NCBI GenBank assembly: GCA_009693175.1
Contig: SHXT01000005.1
Location: forward strand, 2,477 to 66,476
From: Candidatus Methylopumilus sp.
GTDB lineage: Bacteria; Pseudomonadota; Gammaproteobacteria; Burkholderiales; Methylophilaceae
Direction of reading: 5' to 3'
Length of the DNA stretch: 64,000 nucleotides
The notes below the pieces were generated by a model. The model ran no database searches. It was not told the origin of the DNA and worked only from the letters and a program-made list of their open reading frames with translations. Shown here piece after piece: positions 42,885 through 54,597 of the stretch; the stretch's first letter is position 1; the number at the start of each line of letters is the position of its first letter. Both the position numbers and the translations under genes were made by a program.

Positions 42885-45800
42885 TTAAAATATTGCATTT
42901 AAAAAATCTTTAATAAATTTGACTCGCTCCAAAACATCAGAAAGCATGACGGATATTTTAATCTTATCTGGTCCATTCATGCGACAACGCTTATCTTCAT
43001 TCAACAACTTAATAAGCTTTAATGGGTCTATTTTACTATCACTAGCGAAACTAATTTGAATTGAAACATCGCTTGCATCTATTTTCTTAATATCTAAATG
43101 CTGAATAAAGATTCTTAAATCATGAAAAGAAATAAGTGATTGAGTTTGTTCGGGCATAACACCAAAACGATCAATTAACTCCACCTTCATCTCCATGAGT
43201 TGCACATGATCATTAAGTCCTGATAAGCGCTTATAAAGTACAAGTCTTTCATTAATATCACCACAATAACTATTGGTAATAATGGCTGGGGTATGAAGAT
43301 TAATCTCTGTATTCTTCTGAAGTGGGGTATCAAGACTTAATTTTTTACCTCTCTTAAGATGCTTAACAGCGAAGTTAAGCATCTCAACATAAAGGTTAAA
43401 TCCAATCTCATGCATTTGTCCACTTTGATTTTCCCCTAACAGCTCTCCTGCACCACGAATCTCTAAATCATGAATTGCAAGGTAATATCCTGCACCTAAA
43501 TCTTCAAGAAGCTGGATCGCCTCTAAGCGTTTTTGAGCATGGCTACTTATTTTTTTATCTTGATCAACAAGCAAGTAAGCATAAGCCTGATGATGGGATC
43601 TACCTACCCTGCCCCTTAATTGATGAAGCTGAGATAATCCAAACATGTCTGCACGATTCATAATGATGGTGTTAGCTGTTGGAATATCAATGCCTGTTTC
43701 AATAATTGTTGTACAAAGAAGAATGTTTGCTTTTTGTTGATAAAAATCATGCATCACTCTTTCAAGTTCTCGCTCACGCATCTGTCCATGAGCAATTTCT
43801 ATTCGCGCTTCAGGTATTAACTTCTCTAATTTATCTTTCATTGAAACGATGGTATCAACATCGTTGTGAAGAAAATATACCTGACCCCCTCGATTGAATT
43901 CTCTTAATACTGCTTCTCGAATAATGCCTTCCGAATAGTCGTTCACGAATGTTTTAATCGATAAACGTCTTTGTGGTGGTGTAGAAATAATCGAAAACTC
44001 TCGTAAACCTTCCATAGCCATGGACAGAGTTCGAGGAATTGGGGTAGCTGTGAGCGTTAAAACATCTACTTCTGCACGCATTGCTTTAAGTAATTCTTTT
44101 TGACGCACCCCAAAACGATGCTCTTCATCGATAACAATCAATCCTAAATTTTTAAACTTAATGTCATCTTGAATAAGTCTGTGGGTGCCAATAATGATAT
44201 CAATTTCACCATTAGCTAACTTCACGAGTGATTCAGCCTGTTCTTTTTTAGATTTAAAACGAGAAATTTCTGCAATCTTAATAGGAGAGTCTGAAAAGCG
44301 ATCCATAAAATTATTAAAATGTTGCTCAGCTAAAAGTGTAGTAGGTACTAATATAGCTACCTGCTTTCCATCATTAGCTGCAATAAACGCAGCCCTTAAT
44401 GCCACCTCTGTTTTACCAAACCCCACATCCCCACATATAAGACGATCCATAGGCTTCGGACATTCCATATCATTGATCACGGCATTAATAGCAGTTAATT
44501 GATCATCAGTCTCTTCAAATGGGAATCCATCAGTAAATCTTTCATAATCTTGAAGATTAATCTTAAAGGCGTAGCCTTTCCTCACAGAGCGTTGTGAATA
44601 GACATTTAAGAGGTCCGCTGCAGTATCATGAATTTGTTTAAGCGCTTTTTTCTTAGCCTTGCCCCATTGATCTGAGCCTAGTTTATGCAATGGTGCAGTC
44701 TCAGCTGGTCCACCAGAATAGCGTGAGATAAGATCTAAATTAGATACAGGCACATAAAGCTTATCTTCACCAAAATACTCCAAAAGTAAGAATTCACTTT
44801 CGCCTTCGCCAAAATCTAAATTGAATAAGCCCTTGAATCGGCCAACTCCGTATTGCTCGTGAACAATAGGGTCGCCATCTTTTAATTCTGATAAGTCTCG
44901 AATCATAGCGTCAGTAGAAAAATTTTTATCACGATGACGTCGTCTTGATTGACGCACGGTATTTGCATAGAGCTCAGACTCTGTAATCACAATATGCTGC
45001 GAAGAAATATATCCTCGATGTAATGGACTCACACTTAATACAACTCGATCATTAAGATCTGCAGCCGATAACCAATCATCTGTAGATTTAAATTTAATGC
45101 CACCTAATTTTAAAAGTTCAGAAACAGTCTCTCGGCGGCCTAAGCTATCAGTTAATATAAAAATTCTTTTGGGGCTTTGATAAATAAAATGATTAAGCTT
45201 TGCGAGAGGTTGAATATTTTTACGATCAATGGAAATATCTGGAATGTTTTCGTAAACTTCCGGACGTTTTAAATCCAATTTCCTGTATGTATTAATAGAT
45301 TTAAAGAATTGATCTGGCTTGATTAAAAGATTTTGGGGTTCTAAGATTGGCCTTTCAGCATCGTAGGCGAATAATCGAAAGCGCTTTTCAGTTTCATGCC
45401 AAAAATAATTACATGCTTGATCAAGATTGCCATGTTTATAGACGATCGTATCTTCTGAGAAATAACTAAAAATATCGCTCATCTCGTCAAAAAATAACGG
45501 CATATACCATTCAATGCCACCTATAGGAATACCCTTGCTAATATCTTTATAGATCGATGAACGAGATGGGTCACCTTCAAAATGCTCTCGGTAATTTTGT
45601 CTGAATGTACTAATCGATTTTTCATCTAATGGACATTCTCGAGCAGGTAGTAGTTTAATTTCATTGACTGGATAAAGTGTTCTTTGAGAATCAACATCAA
45701 ATGTTCGAATAGAATCAATCTCATCATCGAAAAAATCTAAACGGTACGGGATAATGCTCCCCATAGGGAATAAATCAATCAAACTACCCCTGACCGAATA

Positions 45801-46283
45801 CTCGCCTGGGGCCATGACCCGAACAACATTCATATAGCCATTCAATTTGAGTTGATTTTTAAAAGCTTCAATATCAACTTTTTGCCCTTTGGTGAAATGA
45901 AAACTAAATTGTTGTATATAGCTTTTAGGTGGCAGTAAGTGGAGTGCGGTAGTCACAGGAATAATGACGACATCAAAACTTTTCTGGGTTACTTGATAAA
46001 GGGTAAGAAGTCGCTCTGAAACTAGATCTGGATGAGGTGAAAAGTGATCATAAGGAAGTGTTTCCCAGTCAGGCAATAAGTTAATTTTTAAAGTTGGGCT
46101 AAACCAAAGCATCTCTTCCATAAATCGTCTTGCTTCAAATGCAGTCTCAGTAAAAATAACTAGAGATTTCTTATAATTAACGATTTCACTTTGAATATAT
46201 CGAACAAGAGAATAGCTATCCAAGCCATCGATTTGAATTGTTGATAGTGATTCTTTGCTTTGATTATTTTCTTGTTGTGGCAT
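42885..46283 (-). CDS. mfd: Transcription-repair coupling factor (start likely 46283 or 46292 rather than 46376)
   Basis: PDWETLPYD, CarD-like VHEQYGVGRF, CGDVGFGKTE, DEEHRFG, QLRGRVGRS, C-terminal TRCF domain. Confidence 0.97.
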   Translation of the reverse strand: MPQQENNQSKESLSTIQIDGLDSYSLVRYIQSEIVNYKKSLVIFTETAFEARRFMEEMLWFSPTLKINLLPDWETLPYDHFSPHPDLVSERLLTLYQVTQKSFDVVIIPVTTALHLLPPKSYIQQFSFHFTKGQKVDIEAFKNQLKLNGYMNVVRVMAPGEYSVRGSLIDLFPMGSIIPYRLDFFDDEIDSIRTFDVDSQRTLYPVNEIKLLPARECPLDEKSISTFRQNYREHFEGDPSRSSIYKDISKGIPIGGIEWYMPLFFDEMSDIFSYFSEDTIVYKHGNLDQACNYFWHETEKRFRLFAYDAERPILEPQNLLIKPDQFFKSINTYRKLDLKRPEVYENIPDISIDRKNIQPLAKLNHFIYQSPKRIFILTDSLGRRETVSELLKLGGIKFKSTDDWLSAADLNDRVVLSVSPLHRGYISSQHIVITESELYANTVRQSRRRHRDKNFSTDAMIRDLSELKDGDPIVHEQYGVGRFKGLFNLDFGEGESEFLLLEYFGEDKLYVPVSNLDLISRYSGGPAETAPLHKLGSDQWGKAKKKALKQIHDTAADLLNVYSQRSVRKGYAFKINLQDYERFTDGFPFEETDDQLTAINAVINDMECPKPMDRLICGDVGFGKTEVALRAAFIAANDGKQVAILVPTTLLAEQHFNNFMDRFSDSPIKIAEISRFKSKKEQAESLVKLANGEIDIIIGTHRLIQDDIKFKNLGLIVIDEEHRFGVRQKELLKAMRAEVDVLTLTATPIPRTLSMAMEGLREFSIISTPPQRRLSIKTFVNDYSEGIIREAVLREFNRGGQVYFLHNDVDTIVSMKDKLEKLIPEARIEIAHGQMRERELERVMHDFYQQKANILLCTTIIETGIDIPTANTIIMNRADMFGLSQLHQLRGRVGRSHHQAYAYLLVDQDKKISSHAQKRLEAIQLLEDLGAGYYLAIHDLEIRGAGELLGENQSGQMHEIGFNLYVEMLNFAVKHLKRGKKLSLDTPLQKNTEINLHTPAIITNSYCGDINERLVLYKRLSGLNDHVQLMEMKVELIDRFGVMPEQTQSLISFHDLRIFIQHLDIKKIDASDVSIQISFASDSKIDPLKLIKLLNEDKRCRMNGPDKIKISVMLSDVLERVKFIKDFLNAIF

Positions 46284-46351
46284 ATATTGCATGTATAAAT
46301 AATTACTAATATTATAAGCTTTAAAACTTGTATTCATTGAGAGGGAATGAC

Positions 46352-47026
46352 ATGAACGATAAAGAATTAGTCGCACATCAAGCCTTGCAATATGTTAGTG
46401 AAAATATGATTGTAGGGTTAGGCACAGGCTCAACAGCTAATTGCTTTATTGACGCTTTAGCGAAACGTAATAAAGAGGAAAAATTAAACATACGTGTAAT
46501 ATCAAGTTCTGTCGTTAGCATGATTAAAGCAAAAGAAGCTGGGCTAATGCTTTTGGCTATGGAGCAAATTAAAGAGATTGATCTTTATGTGGATGGTGCA
46601 GATGAAATAACGCCTGACCTCACATTGCTTAAAGGTCGAGGCTATGATCTCGTTAGAGAAAAGCTACTAGCACGTTCCGCAAAAAAATTTATTGTTATTG
46701 CGGACGAATCTAAAATTGTTAAAAACATTGGAGATAACTTTCCAATACCTTCGGAAGTTTATACATTTGCGTGGGAGCTCGTTAAAAATGTTTTAATAAG
46801 AAAAGGTACGGGCGATATTAGAATCAATGCAGCAAAAGATGGATATACAATTACTTCGTGTGGTAATTTTGTACTTGATTTCAATTACTCTGAAAAAGAT
46901 GCTAAAAAATTAAATGCTTTTCTATCACAAACGCCTGGCATTGTAGAGCATGGTATTTTTTACAATCTAGCTCATGGCGCCTTAATTAGCAATAATGGCA
47001 AAGTTCGCGAGATTTGGAAAAACTAA
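46352..47026 (+). CDS. rpiA: Ribose-5-phosphate isomerase A (start refined to ATG 46352)
   Basis: [27 protein letters not shown]; GAGGGA RBS. Confidence 0.93.
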   Translation: MNDKELVAHQALQYVSENMIVGLGTGSTANCFIDALAKRNKEEKLNIRVISSSVVSMIKAKEAGLMLLAMEQIKEIDLYVDGADEITPDLTLLKGRGYDLVREKLLARSAKKFIVIADESKIVKNIGDNFPIPSEVYTFAWELVKNVLIRKGTGDIRINAAKDGYTITSCGNFVLDFNYSEKDAKKLNAFLSQTPGIVEHGIFYNLAHGALISNNGKVREIWKN

Positions 47027-48291
47027 ATCTTTTCAATGCCGCCCATATAATGAACTAATACTTTCGGTATCATAATGCTACCATCCTCATTTTGATAGTT
47101 TTCAATAATCGCAACTAAAGTTCTACCTACCGCAAGTCCAGAACCATTTAATGTATGCACAAATAAATTCTTTCCATCTTCACTCTTAAATCTTGCTTTT
47201 AGACGTCTCGCTTGGAAAGACTCACAGTTTGAAACAGATGAAATTTCACGATATGTATTTTGTGAGGGAAGCCAAACTTCCAAGTCAAAAGTTTTCGCAG
47301 CACTAAAACCCATATCTCCTGTACACAATGACAATAATCGATATGGGAGCTCTAATGAAGTGAGAATAAATTCAGCATGTGAGACCATTTCATCTAATGC
47401 ATCGTAACTTTTATCAGGATGAACAATTTGAACCATTTCAACCTTGTCAAATTGATGCTGCCTAATCATGCCTCTCGTATCTTTACCATAAGATCCTGCC
47501 TCTGATCTAAAGCAAGGAGTATGAGCAGTTAATTTAATAGGTAAATCAGATTGCTTAACAATTTCATCGCGTACAAAATTTGTAAGAGTAACTTCAGATG
47601 TTGGGATTAAATAAAGTTTACTTTCATTATGTGAGAGAGTAAAAAGATCAGCTTCAAATTTAGGAAGCTGTCCTGTGCCCATAAGTGTTTCGCTATTCAC
47701 TAAATAAGGTGTGTAACATTCTTTATACCCATGTTTTTCTGTTTGCGTATCAAGCATGTATTGTGCGATTGCACGATGTAATTTTGCCAGCTTGCCTTCT
47801 ATTACTACAAAGCGTGCACCTGAAAGTTTTGCCCCTAAATCAAAATTAAGGCCATGTTGAACACCTACATCCACATGGTCTTTTACTTTAAAATTAAATT
47901 TTCTTGGATTCCCAATTGTCTTAACCACTTTATTATCGGCTTCAGATTTGCCTATAAAGGTCGATTCATGTGGAATATTAGGAATATTAAGCATGAATTG
48001 ATTAATCTTTTCTTGTAATTCAATCAACTCAGACTCACCTGCTTTTAAATCCTCTGAAATTGCATTGACGTCTTTCATAAGAGTGTCAGTGCTCTCATTT
48101 GTAGACTTAGCAATACCGATCTCTTTTGATATAGAATTTCTTTTTTTCTGAAGATCTTGCGTCTTAACTTGAAGCGCTTTTCTTGCATTTTCAAGTGACT
48201 GAAAAGTATTTATATCAAGAACAAAACCTCGGTTTGCGAGCTTTTGTTTTATGAGCTGAATATCATTATGTAATAACTGAATATCTATCAT
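47023..48291 (-). CDS. serS: Serine--tRNA ligase
   Basis: [48 protein letters not shown]. Confidence 0.99.
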   Translation of the reverse strand: MIDIQLLHNDIQLIKQKLANRGFVLDINTFQSLENARKALQVKTQDLQKKRNSISKEIGIAKSTNESTDTLMKDVNAISEDLKAGESELIELQEKINQFMLNIPNIPHESTFIGKSEADNKVVKTIGNPRKFNFKVKDHVDVGVQHGLNFDLGAKLSGARFVVIEGKLAKLHRAIAQYMLDTQTEKHGYKECYTPYLVNSETLMGTGQLPKFEADLFTLSHNESKLYLIPTSEVTLTNFVRDEIVKQSDLPIKLTAHTPCFRSEAGSYGKDTRGMIRQHQFDKVEMVQIVHPDKSYDALDEMVSHAEFILTSLELPYRLLSLCTGDMGFSAAKTFDLEVWLPSQNTYREISSVSNCESFQARRLKARFKSEDGKNLFVHTLNGSGLAVGRTLVAIIENYQNEDGSIMIPKVLVHYMGGIEKI

Positions 48292-48298
48292 AAATAAT

Positions 48299-49603
48299 CT
48301 ATTTCTTTTGTTTATCTTGAGATTTTAAATAATTCATTTTTTCGAGAATTTTACTCTCTAATCCACGTGTTGTTGGTTTATAAAATTCAATTGGATCTAA
48401 ATTATCTGGAAAATATTTTTCGCCAGCTGCATATGCATCAACTTCATTGTGAGCATAACGATAATTTTTACCATAATCTAATTCTTTCATAAGTTTAGTT
48501 GGAGCATTTCGTAAATGTATAGGTACATCACTATTATCTCCATTTCCCACAAAAGCCTTCACATCATTAAAAGCCATATATGCTGCATTACTCTTAGCTG
48601 CGATCGATAAATAGATAACTGCATTTGAAAGCGCTAACTCACCTTCTGGCGAACCAAGACGTTCATAAATTTGATAAGCTTCAAGCGCCATAGTTTGGGC
48701 CTTTGGATCAGCTAAACCTATATCTTCAATAGCAATGCGCACTATTCTTCTTGCCAAGTAGAGGGGGTCTGTACCTCCGTCTAACATTCGGTGAAGCCAA
48801 TATAAAGCAGCGTTTGGATCTGAACCTCTGACAGATTTATGCAAGGCAGAAATTTGATCATAGAACTGATCCCCTCCTTTATCAAATCGTCTTACCTTGT
48901 TAGTGATAATTTTTTTTAAAAAATCTTGATTAATTTTTTTAACTTTTAACGAAGTTGCTGTATTAAAAAGTAGCTCTAAAAAATTAAGCAGTCTTCTGGC
49001 ATCTCCATTAATATGGGCAATAATTTCTTGCTTAGATTCTTCATCAACCTCTACGTCAGGCGCAATATAATTTTTAGCCTTCTCATATATTAAAAAAAGA
49101 TCTTCTTGGTCGAGCGTTTTTAAAACATAGACTTGAGATCTACTTAATAAAGCCGAATTAACCTCAAAAGATGGGTTTTCCGTAGTTGCTCCAATAAAAG
49201 TAATTAATCCTGATTCAACATGTAGTAAGAAAGCATCTTGCTGGCTCTTATTAAATCGGTGAACTTCGTCAACAAATAAAATTGTTTTCTTATTGTATTG
49301 TTGTAAATTAAGCTGTGCCTTATCTATTGCCTCACGGATATCTTTAATACCGGATAAAACTGCAGATACGGATATGAATTCCGCATCAATAGAATTTGCA
49401 ATGACACGAGCAATTGTTGTTTTTCCAACACCTGGAGGACCCCATAAAATCATTGAAGGTAGATTTCCAGATTCAATTGCAACTCGTAATGACTTACCTT
49501 CTCCTAAAATGTGTTTTTGTCCTACAATTTCAATCACGGATTTAGGCCTTAGATATTCAGCTAAAGGCAATTGAGATTGATTGGGCTCAAACATTTGGTT
49601 CAT
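48299..49603 (-). CDS. rarA: Replication-associated recombination protein A
   Basis: [54 protein letters not shown]. Confidence 0.97.
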   Translation of the reverse strand: MNQMFEPNQSQLPLAEYLRPKSVIEIVGQKHILGEGKSLRVAIESGNLPSMILWGPPGVGKTTIARVIANSIDAEFISVSAVLSGIKDIREAIDKAQLNLQQYNKKTILFVDEVHRFNKSQQDAFLLHVESGLITFIGATTENPSFEVNSALLSRSQVYVLKTLDQEDLFLIYEKAKNYIAPDVEVDEESKQEIIAHINGDARRLLNFLELLFNTATSLKVKKINQDFLKKIITNKVRRFDKGGDQFYDQISALHKSVRGSDPNAALYWLHRMLDGGTDPLYLARRIVRIAIEDIGLADPKAQTMALEAYQIYERLGSPEGELALSNAVIYLSIAAKSNAAYMAFNDVKAFVGNGDNSDVPIHLRNAPTKLMKELDYGKNYRYAHNEVDAYAAGEKYFPDNLDPIEFYKPTTRGLESKILEKMNYLKSQDKQKK

Positions 49604-49608
49604 AAAAT

Positions 49609-50622
49609 TTATTTACCTGAAGTTTCTTCTTGAATTAGCCATTTACCATCAACATTTTTAATTAAAAGCGATTTATTAGAAACTTCTCTCAGCTTATCTG
49701 ATATATATTTTTGTTTAAATTGTATATAAGCTAAATTATCATTCTTCATAGTCACTTTCGCATTTTGAATTTCAACAGAGATTGTTCCTTGCAATGAAAT
49801 CTTTTGCTTTCTCGAAGCTTGCCATAAAGAAAATGTATTGCCATTCGGTGTTTTAAAATCTGGTGAATACATACTCAAATATGCATCAATATTTTTTGTC
49901 GACCAAGCGCTTGCCCAGTCATTTATAAATGTAATAATTTCAACATCCTGATGTTTAGTGTTATTAGATAATTTATTAGTCGTGATTGAATTAGATACAT
50001 CATTTCCCTGAACAACATCAACCCCGTTGGGTAATTTAAATAAAAAATCACTATCCGTTAAACTTGTATTATATTTTTCATTTTTAAAGCTAATAGTTGT
50101 TGTATGTTCAAATGCGTCAACAATCTTCATCACTGATAATTTATTTTCATTTAGCCCCAATATTACTTTGCTAAATCCAGCCCCTTCCTCTTTAGGTATT
50201 GCTTCTACCCACTTTATATTTTCATTGCCATCACCCGAAGACTGGCTATCTACATTCTTTAATGTAAAGTATTTCTCAATATTTTTACCGGCGATAATTA
50301 AAAGCGGTGTAGATCCAGCTACCTTAGTTACGGAATTGATAGAAACTTGTCTTAAATCTTGGTCATAAATATATAAACGATCTCCGTCGCTTATAATTTG
50401 ATTTTGATATGGCTTTAAATAATCCCATCTAAACTTATTAGGTCTTTTAAATAGCATGACCCCTTGGACGTCTTGAAGTTTCAAACCTTTTTTATCTAAT
50501 ACAACTTGACTAAACTCTGCAGACATATTTGTTACCGCAGCTATGAAAGTATTAAGATCAGAAATACCATCAGCTAATGCATTAAAAGTGAGTAATAAAA
50601 AAACAACAAATAACTTATTCAT
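49609..50622 (-). CDS. lolA: Outer-membrane lipoprotein chaperone LolA with an extra C-terminal NTF2-like domain
   Basis: aa 17-205 LolA ([29 protein letters not shown]); aa ~227-337 extra domain; canonical ftsK-lolA-rarA-serS position. Confidence 0.88.
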   Translation of the reverse strand: MNKLFVVFLLLTFNALADGISDLNTFIAAVTNMSAEFSQVVLDKKGLKLQDVQGVMLFKRPNKFRWDYLKPYQNQIISDGDRLYIYDQDLRQVSINSVTKVAGSTPLLIIAGKNIEKYFTLKNVDSQSSGDGNENIKWVEAIPKEEGAGFSKVILGLNENKLSVMKIVDAFEHTTTISFKNEKYNTSLTDSDFLFKLPNGVDVVQGNDVSNSITTNKLSNNTKHQDVEIITFINDWASAWSTKNIDAYLSMYSPDFKTPNGNTFSLWQASRKQKISLQGTISVEIQNAKVTMKNDNLAYIQFKQKYISDKLREVSNKSLLIKNVDGKWLIQEETSGK

Positions 50623-52927
50623 TTTTATTTGGCGCTAATATATCTCTATTGCCATTACTTTGCATAGCTGAAACAAGGCCAGCCCTTTCCATGTCCTCTA
50701 TAATTCTAGCGGCGCGATTGTACCCTATACGCAAATGTCTTTGCACCGAAGAGATGGATGGTTTTCTTGTTCTTAATACAAGCTCTAGTGCTTCATCATA
50801 AAGAGGATCCTTTTCTCCTGAAAAATTAGAAGAAGAATCTCCATACTCGCCACTTTCTGAGGATTCATTAGTTAAAATACCTTCTATGTATTTAGGTTCA
50901 CCATGTGACTTAAGGTAACTCACCACTTTATGTACTTCTTGATCAGACACAAATGCGCCATGAATTCTTTGGGGGTAACCAGAGCCTGCTGGTTGATACA
51001 GCATATCGCCCTGACCAAGTAGAGTCTCAGCGCCCATCTGGTCTAAAATAGTTCGAGAATCAATTTTGCTAGGCACTTGAAATGCAATACGTGCTGGAAT
51101 ATTTGCCTTGATAAGACCTGTGATGACATCTACTGAAGGTCTTTGTGTAGCTAACACCAAATGAATACCGGACGCCCTTGCTTTCTGAGCAAGTCGAGCT
51201 ATAAGTTCTTCAATTTTTTTACCTACCACCATCATTAAATCAGCAAGCTCATCAATCACAATCACAATAAGAGGCATCTCTGATAAAGGTTCTGAATTTT
51301 CTGGATTTACTGGATCATTAATAGGCGAGCTATCTTTAATGCTATCCTTAATTTTTTGATTGTATCCAGCTAAATTCCTAACGCCTAACATCGACATGAG
51401 CTTGTAACGTCTCTCCATTTCACCTACACACCAATTTAATGCATTAGCTGCTTGACGCATATCAGTTATAACAGGTGCTAATAAATGTGGAATACCTTCA
51501 TATACAGAAAGCTCAAGCATTTTTGGATCAATAAAAATCATTCTTACTTTTTCTGAGTTAGATTTATAAAGTAGACTTAAAATCAATGCATTGATAGCAA
51601 CTGACTTACCTGAGCCTGTGGTGCCTGCAATTAGTACATGCGGCATTTTAGATAAATCAACAACCTCTACTTTGCCTGAAATATCTTTTCCTAAAGCAAT
51701 AGTTAATGACGCACTTGTACCTGCAAAAATTTGAGAGCTCATAATTTCAGACAAATAAACAATTTGCCTTTTCGGATTGGGTATTTCCAAGCCCATACAT
51801 GTTTTACCAGGAATAGTCTCTACAACACGCACACTTACCACTGAAAGTGCGCGCGCCAAATCCTTAGACAAATTAGTCACCTGACTTCCTTTAACGCCAG
51901 GTGCTGGCTCAAACTCGTATCTCGTAATTACAGGGCCAGGTTGAGCAGAAATGACTTTAGCTTCAATACCAAAATCGATTAATTTTTTCTCAATTAATCG
52001 AGATATAAATTCAATCGTTTCGGCAGACTGCGGCTCAACTTGATTTGTAGGCTGATCTAAAAGATGAAGCGGCGGTAATAAGTTGTCACTAAAACTAAAT
52101 AATGGGATCTGTTTTTCTTTTTGAGCTCTTTCGCTTTTTTTAACTTCGACTTCGGGTGATTTAATATTTACAGGCGTCCTGTTTTCAGATTTTTTTCTTT
52201 CACTTTCTAAAAGCTCCAATCTTTTTTGCTCCATAATTTTTCCATGTTTACGATCTTGCCAATCTCTGTATTTATATTGAATTCTTTGAAATAACACATA
52301 TGAAAAATGACCAAAATGTTCTGAAATTCTAAGCCACGACAAACCTGTGAATAAACTAAACCCAATTGCTAGGGATGTAATTAAAAAAATCGTAGAGCCT
52401 ATATAGCCCAGGGAGGAACGCAATAAGTGATCAAATAATCTTCCAAGTAATCCGCCTTGAGTGAGAGGAAATTGGGCTGGTAAATCAATTAAATGTCCAG
52501 CTTCAAAGGCAGAGGCAGCTGATATTAAGAGGAAAAAACCAAAATAATTAAAAAGTAAAAAGGATTTATAACCCTTTAAATCTTTATTGTATTGAGGGTA
52601 AAGAAGCCAAATACTAAAAAAACAAAGAAAACTTAGCCACCACGCAGATAACCCAAAAACGTATAATAGACAATCAGACAAATAAGCACCAACAATACCA
52701 CCAGCATTACGAATCTCATTATCCCCACTTACACTATGTGACCATGATGGATCTGTATGTGAATAAGTTGCGAGTATGATCGTTAAGTAAACACCGATAA
52801 AAATTAAACTTAACCACCATGCTTCGTGTATTAACTTACTTTTAATACCGCTAAGTTTATCATCTTGCATGCCCTGATTAGTCTTTGCAGATTCTGATTT
52901 TTTTTTAAAAAACAAAGTAGTAAGCAC
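50615..52927 (-). CDS. ftsK: DNA translocase FtsK
   Basis: N-terminal 4TM region, [25 protein letters not shown], gamma domain [11 protein letters not shown]. Confidence 0.98.
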   Translation of the reverse strand: MLTTLFFKKKSESAKTNQGMQDDKLSGIKSKLIHEAWWLSLIFIGVYLTIILATYSHTDPSWSHSVSGDNEIRNAGGIVGAYLSDCLLYVFGLSAWWLSFLCFFSIWLLYPQYNKDLKGYKSFLLFNYFGFFLLISAASAFEAGHLIDLPAQFPLTQGGLLGRLFDHLLRSSLGYIGSTIFLITSLAIGFSLFTGLSWLRISEHFGHFSYVLFQRIQYKYRDWQDRKHGKIMEQKRLELLESERKKSENRTPVNIKSPEVEVKKSERAQKEKQIPLFSFSDNLLPPLHLLDQPTNQVEPQSAETIEFISRLIEKKLIDFGIEAKVISAQPGPVITRYEFEPAPGVKGSQVTNLSKDLARALSVVSVRVVETIPGKTCMGLEIPNPKRQIVYLSEIMSSQIFAGTSASLTIALGKDISGKVEVVDLSKMPHVLIAGTTGSGKSVAINALILSLLYKSNSEKVRMIFIDPKMLELSVYEGIPHLLAPVITDMRQAANALNWCVGEMERRYKLMSMLGVRNLAGYNQKIKDSIKDSSPINDPVNPENSEPLSEMPLIVIVIDELADLMMVVGKKIEELIARLAQKARASGIHLVLATQRPSVDVITGLIKANIPARIAFQVPSKIDSRTILDQMGAETLLGQGDMLYQPAGSGYPQRIHGAFVSDQEVHKVVSYLKSHGEPKYIEGILTNESSESGEYGDSSSNFSGEKDPLYDEALELVLRTRKPSISSVQRHLRIGYNRAARIIEDMERAGLVSAMQSNGNRDILAPNKNE

Positions 52928-52943
52928 TCGGAATATTTCTTCA

Positions 52944-52952
52944 ATTATATCA
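52944..52952 (-). promoter_or_regulatory. Extended -10 promoter element for ftsK (TG-A-TATAAT)
   Basis: Perfect consensus on the minus strand, 16 nt upstream of the GTG start. Confidence 0.55.
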
Positions 52953-53045
52953 GCTAGGAATGCTAAAAAATGATGAAAAAAGGCCCAAAAAAAGCTTACT
53001 TAGTCAAAAATAAAACCAAAATGGGTTTGCTTAATCAGTCGATGA

Positions 53046-54038
<993 letters not shown>

Positions 54039-54042
54039 TATC

Positions 54043-54597
54043 ATGGCTATACATGAAAATGATAAAGATGAAATTGATTTATTTAGAGAAGCAATTAAAG
54101 GTGCTAATCCATTAAAAATCAGTCCCAAAAAAAAAGAACATAAAGCGCCTCAAAAGAAACCAAACCCTATACCTCTTAATTTCATACGAGATGAAAAACA
54201 AGCACTTAATGACTCAATCAGCGATCAATATGAACCGCTTCACGATATTGAGAATGGTGAGGAACTCTTTTATGTAAGACAAGGCCATTCACCCGATATC
54301 TTAAAAAAATTAAGAAAAGGTTATTGGGTAGTTCAAAAGTCGATTGATCTTCACGGTATGATTTCAGATGAAGCCAAAGCTTATGTAGTTCAATTCTTAG
54401 CTGAATGTAAAAAAAACAATATTCACTGTATTCGGATTGTGCATGGCAAAGGTTACAACTCTAAAAATAAAGAGCCCGTTCTAAAAAATAAACTAAAGCA
54501 TTGGTTGGCACAAAAAGAAGAAGTGATTGCTTACGTGCAAGCGAGAGTCTATGATGGTGGCAGTGGAGCTGTTATTGTATTGTTAAGCGCTCATTAA
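54043..54597 (+). CDS. Smr/MutS2 C-terminal domain endonuclease (start refined to ATG 54043)
   Basis: LFREAI N-terminus, IDLHGM, IVHGKG, DGGSGAVIVLL. Confidence 0.9.
   Translation: MAIHENDKDEIDLFREAIKGANPLKISPKKKEHKAPQKKPNPIPLNFIRDEKQALNDSISDQYEPLHDIENGEELFYVRQGHSPDILKKLRKGYWVVQKSIDLHGMISDEAKAYVVQFLAECKKNNIHCIRIVHGKGYNSKNKEPVLKNKLKHWLAQKEEVIAYVQARVYDGGSGAVIVLLSAH

Noticed and set aside
52898-52912. T9A6 run at the ftsK 5' end and other A/T runs of 8-10 nt (e.g. near 22585, 23778) as slippage sites
   Set aside because: Expected in an AT-rich, Lys/Phe-rich genome; all host frames are intact.
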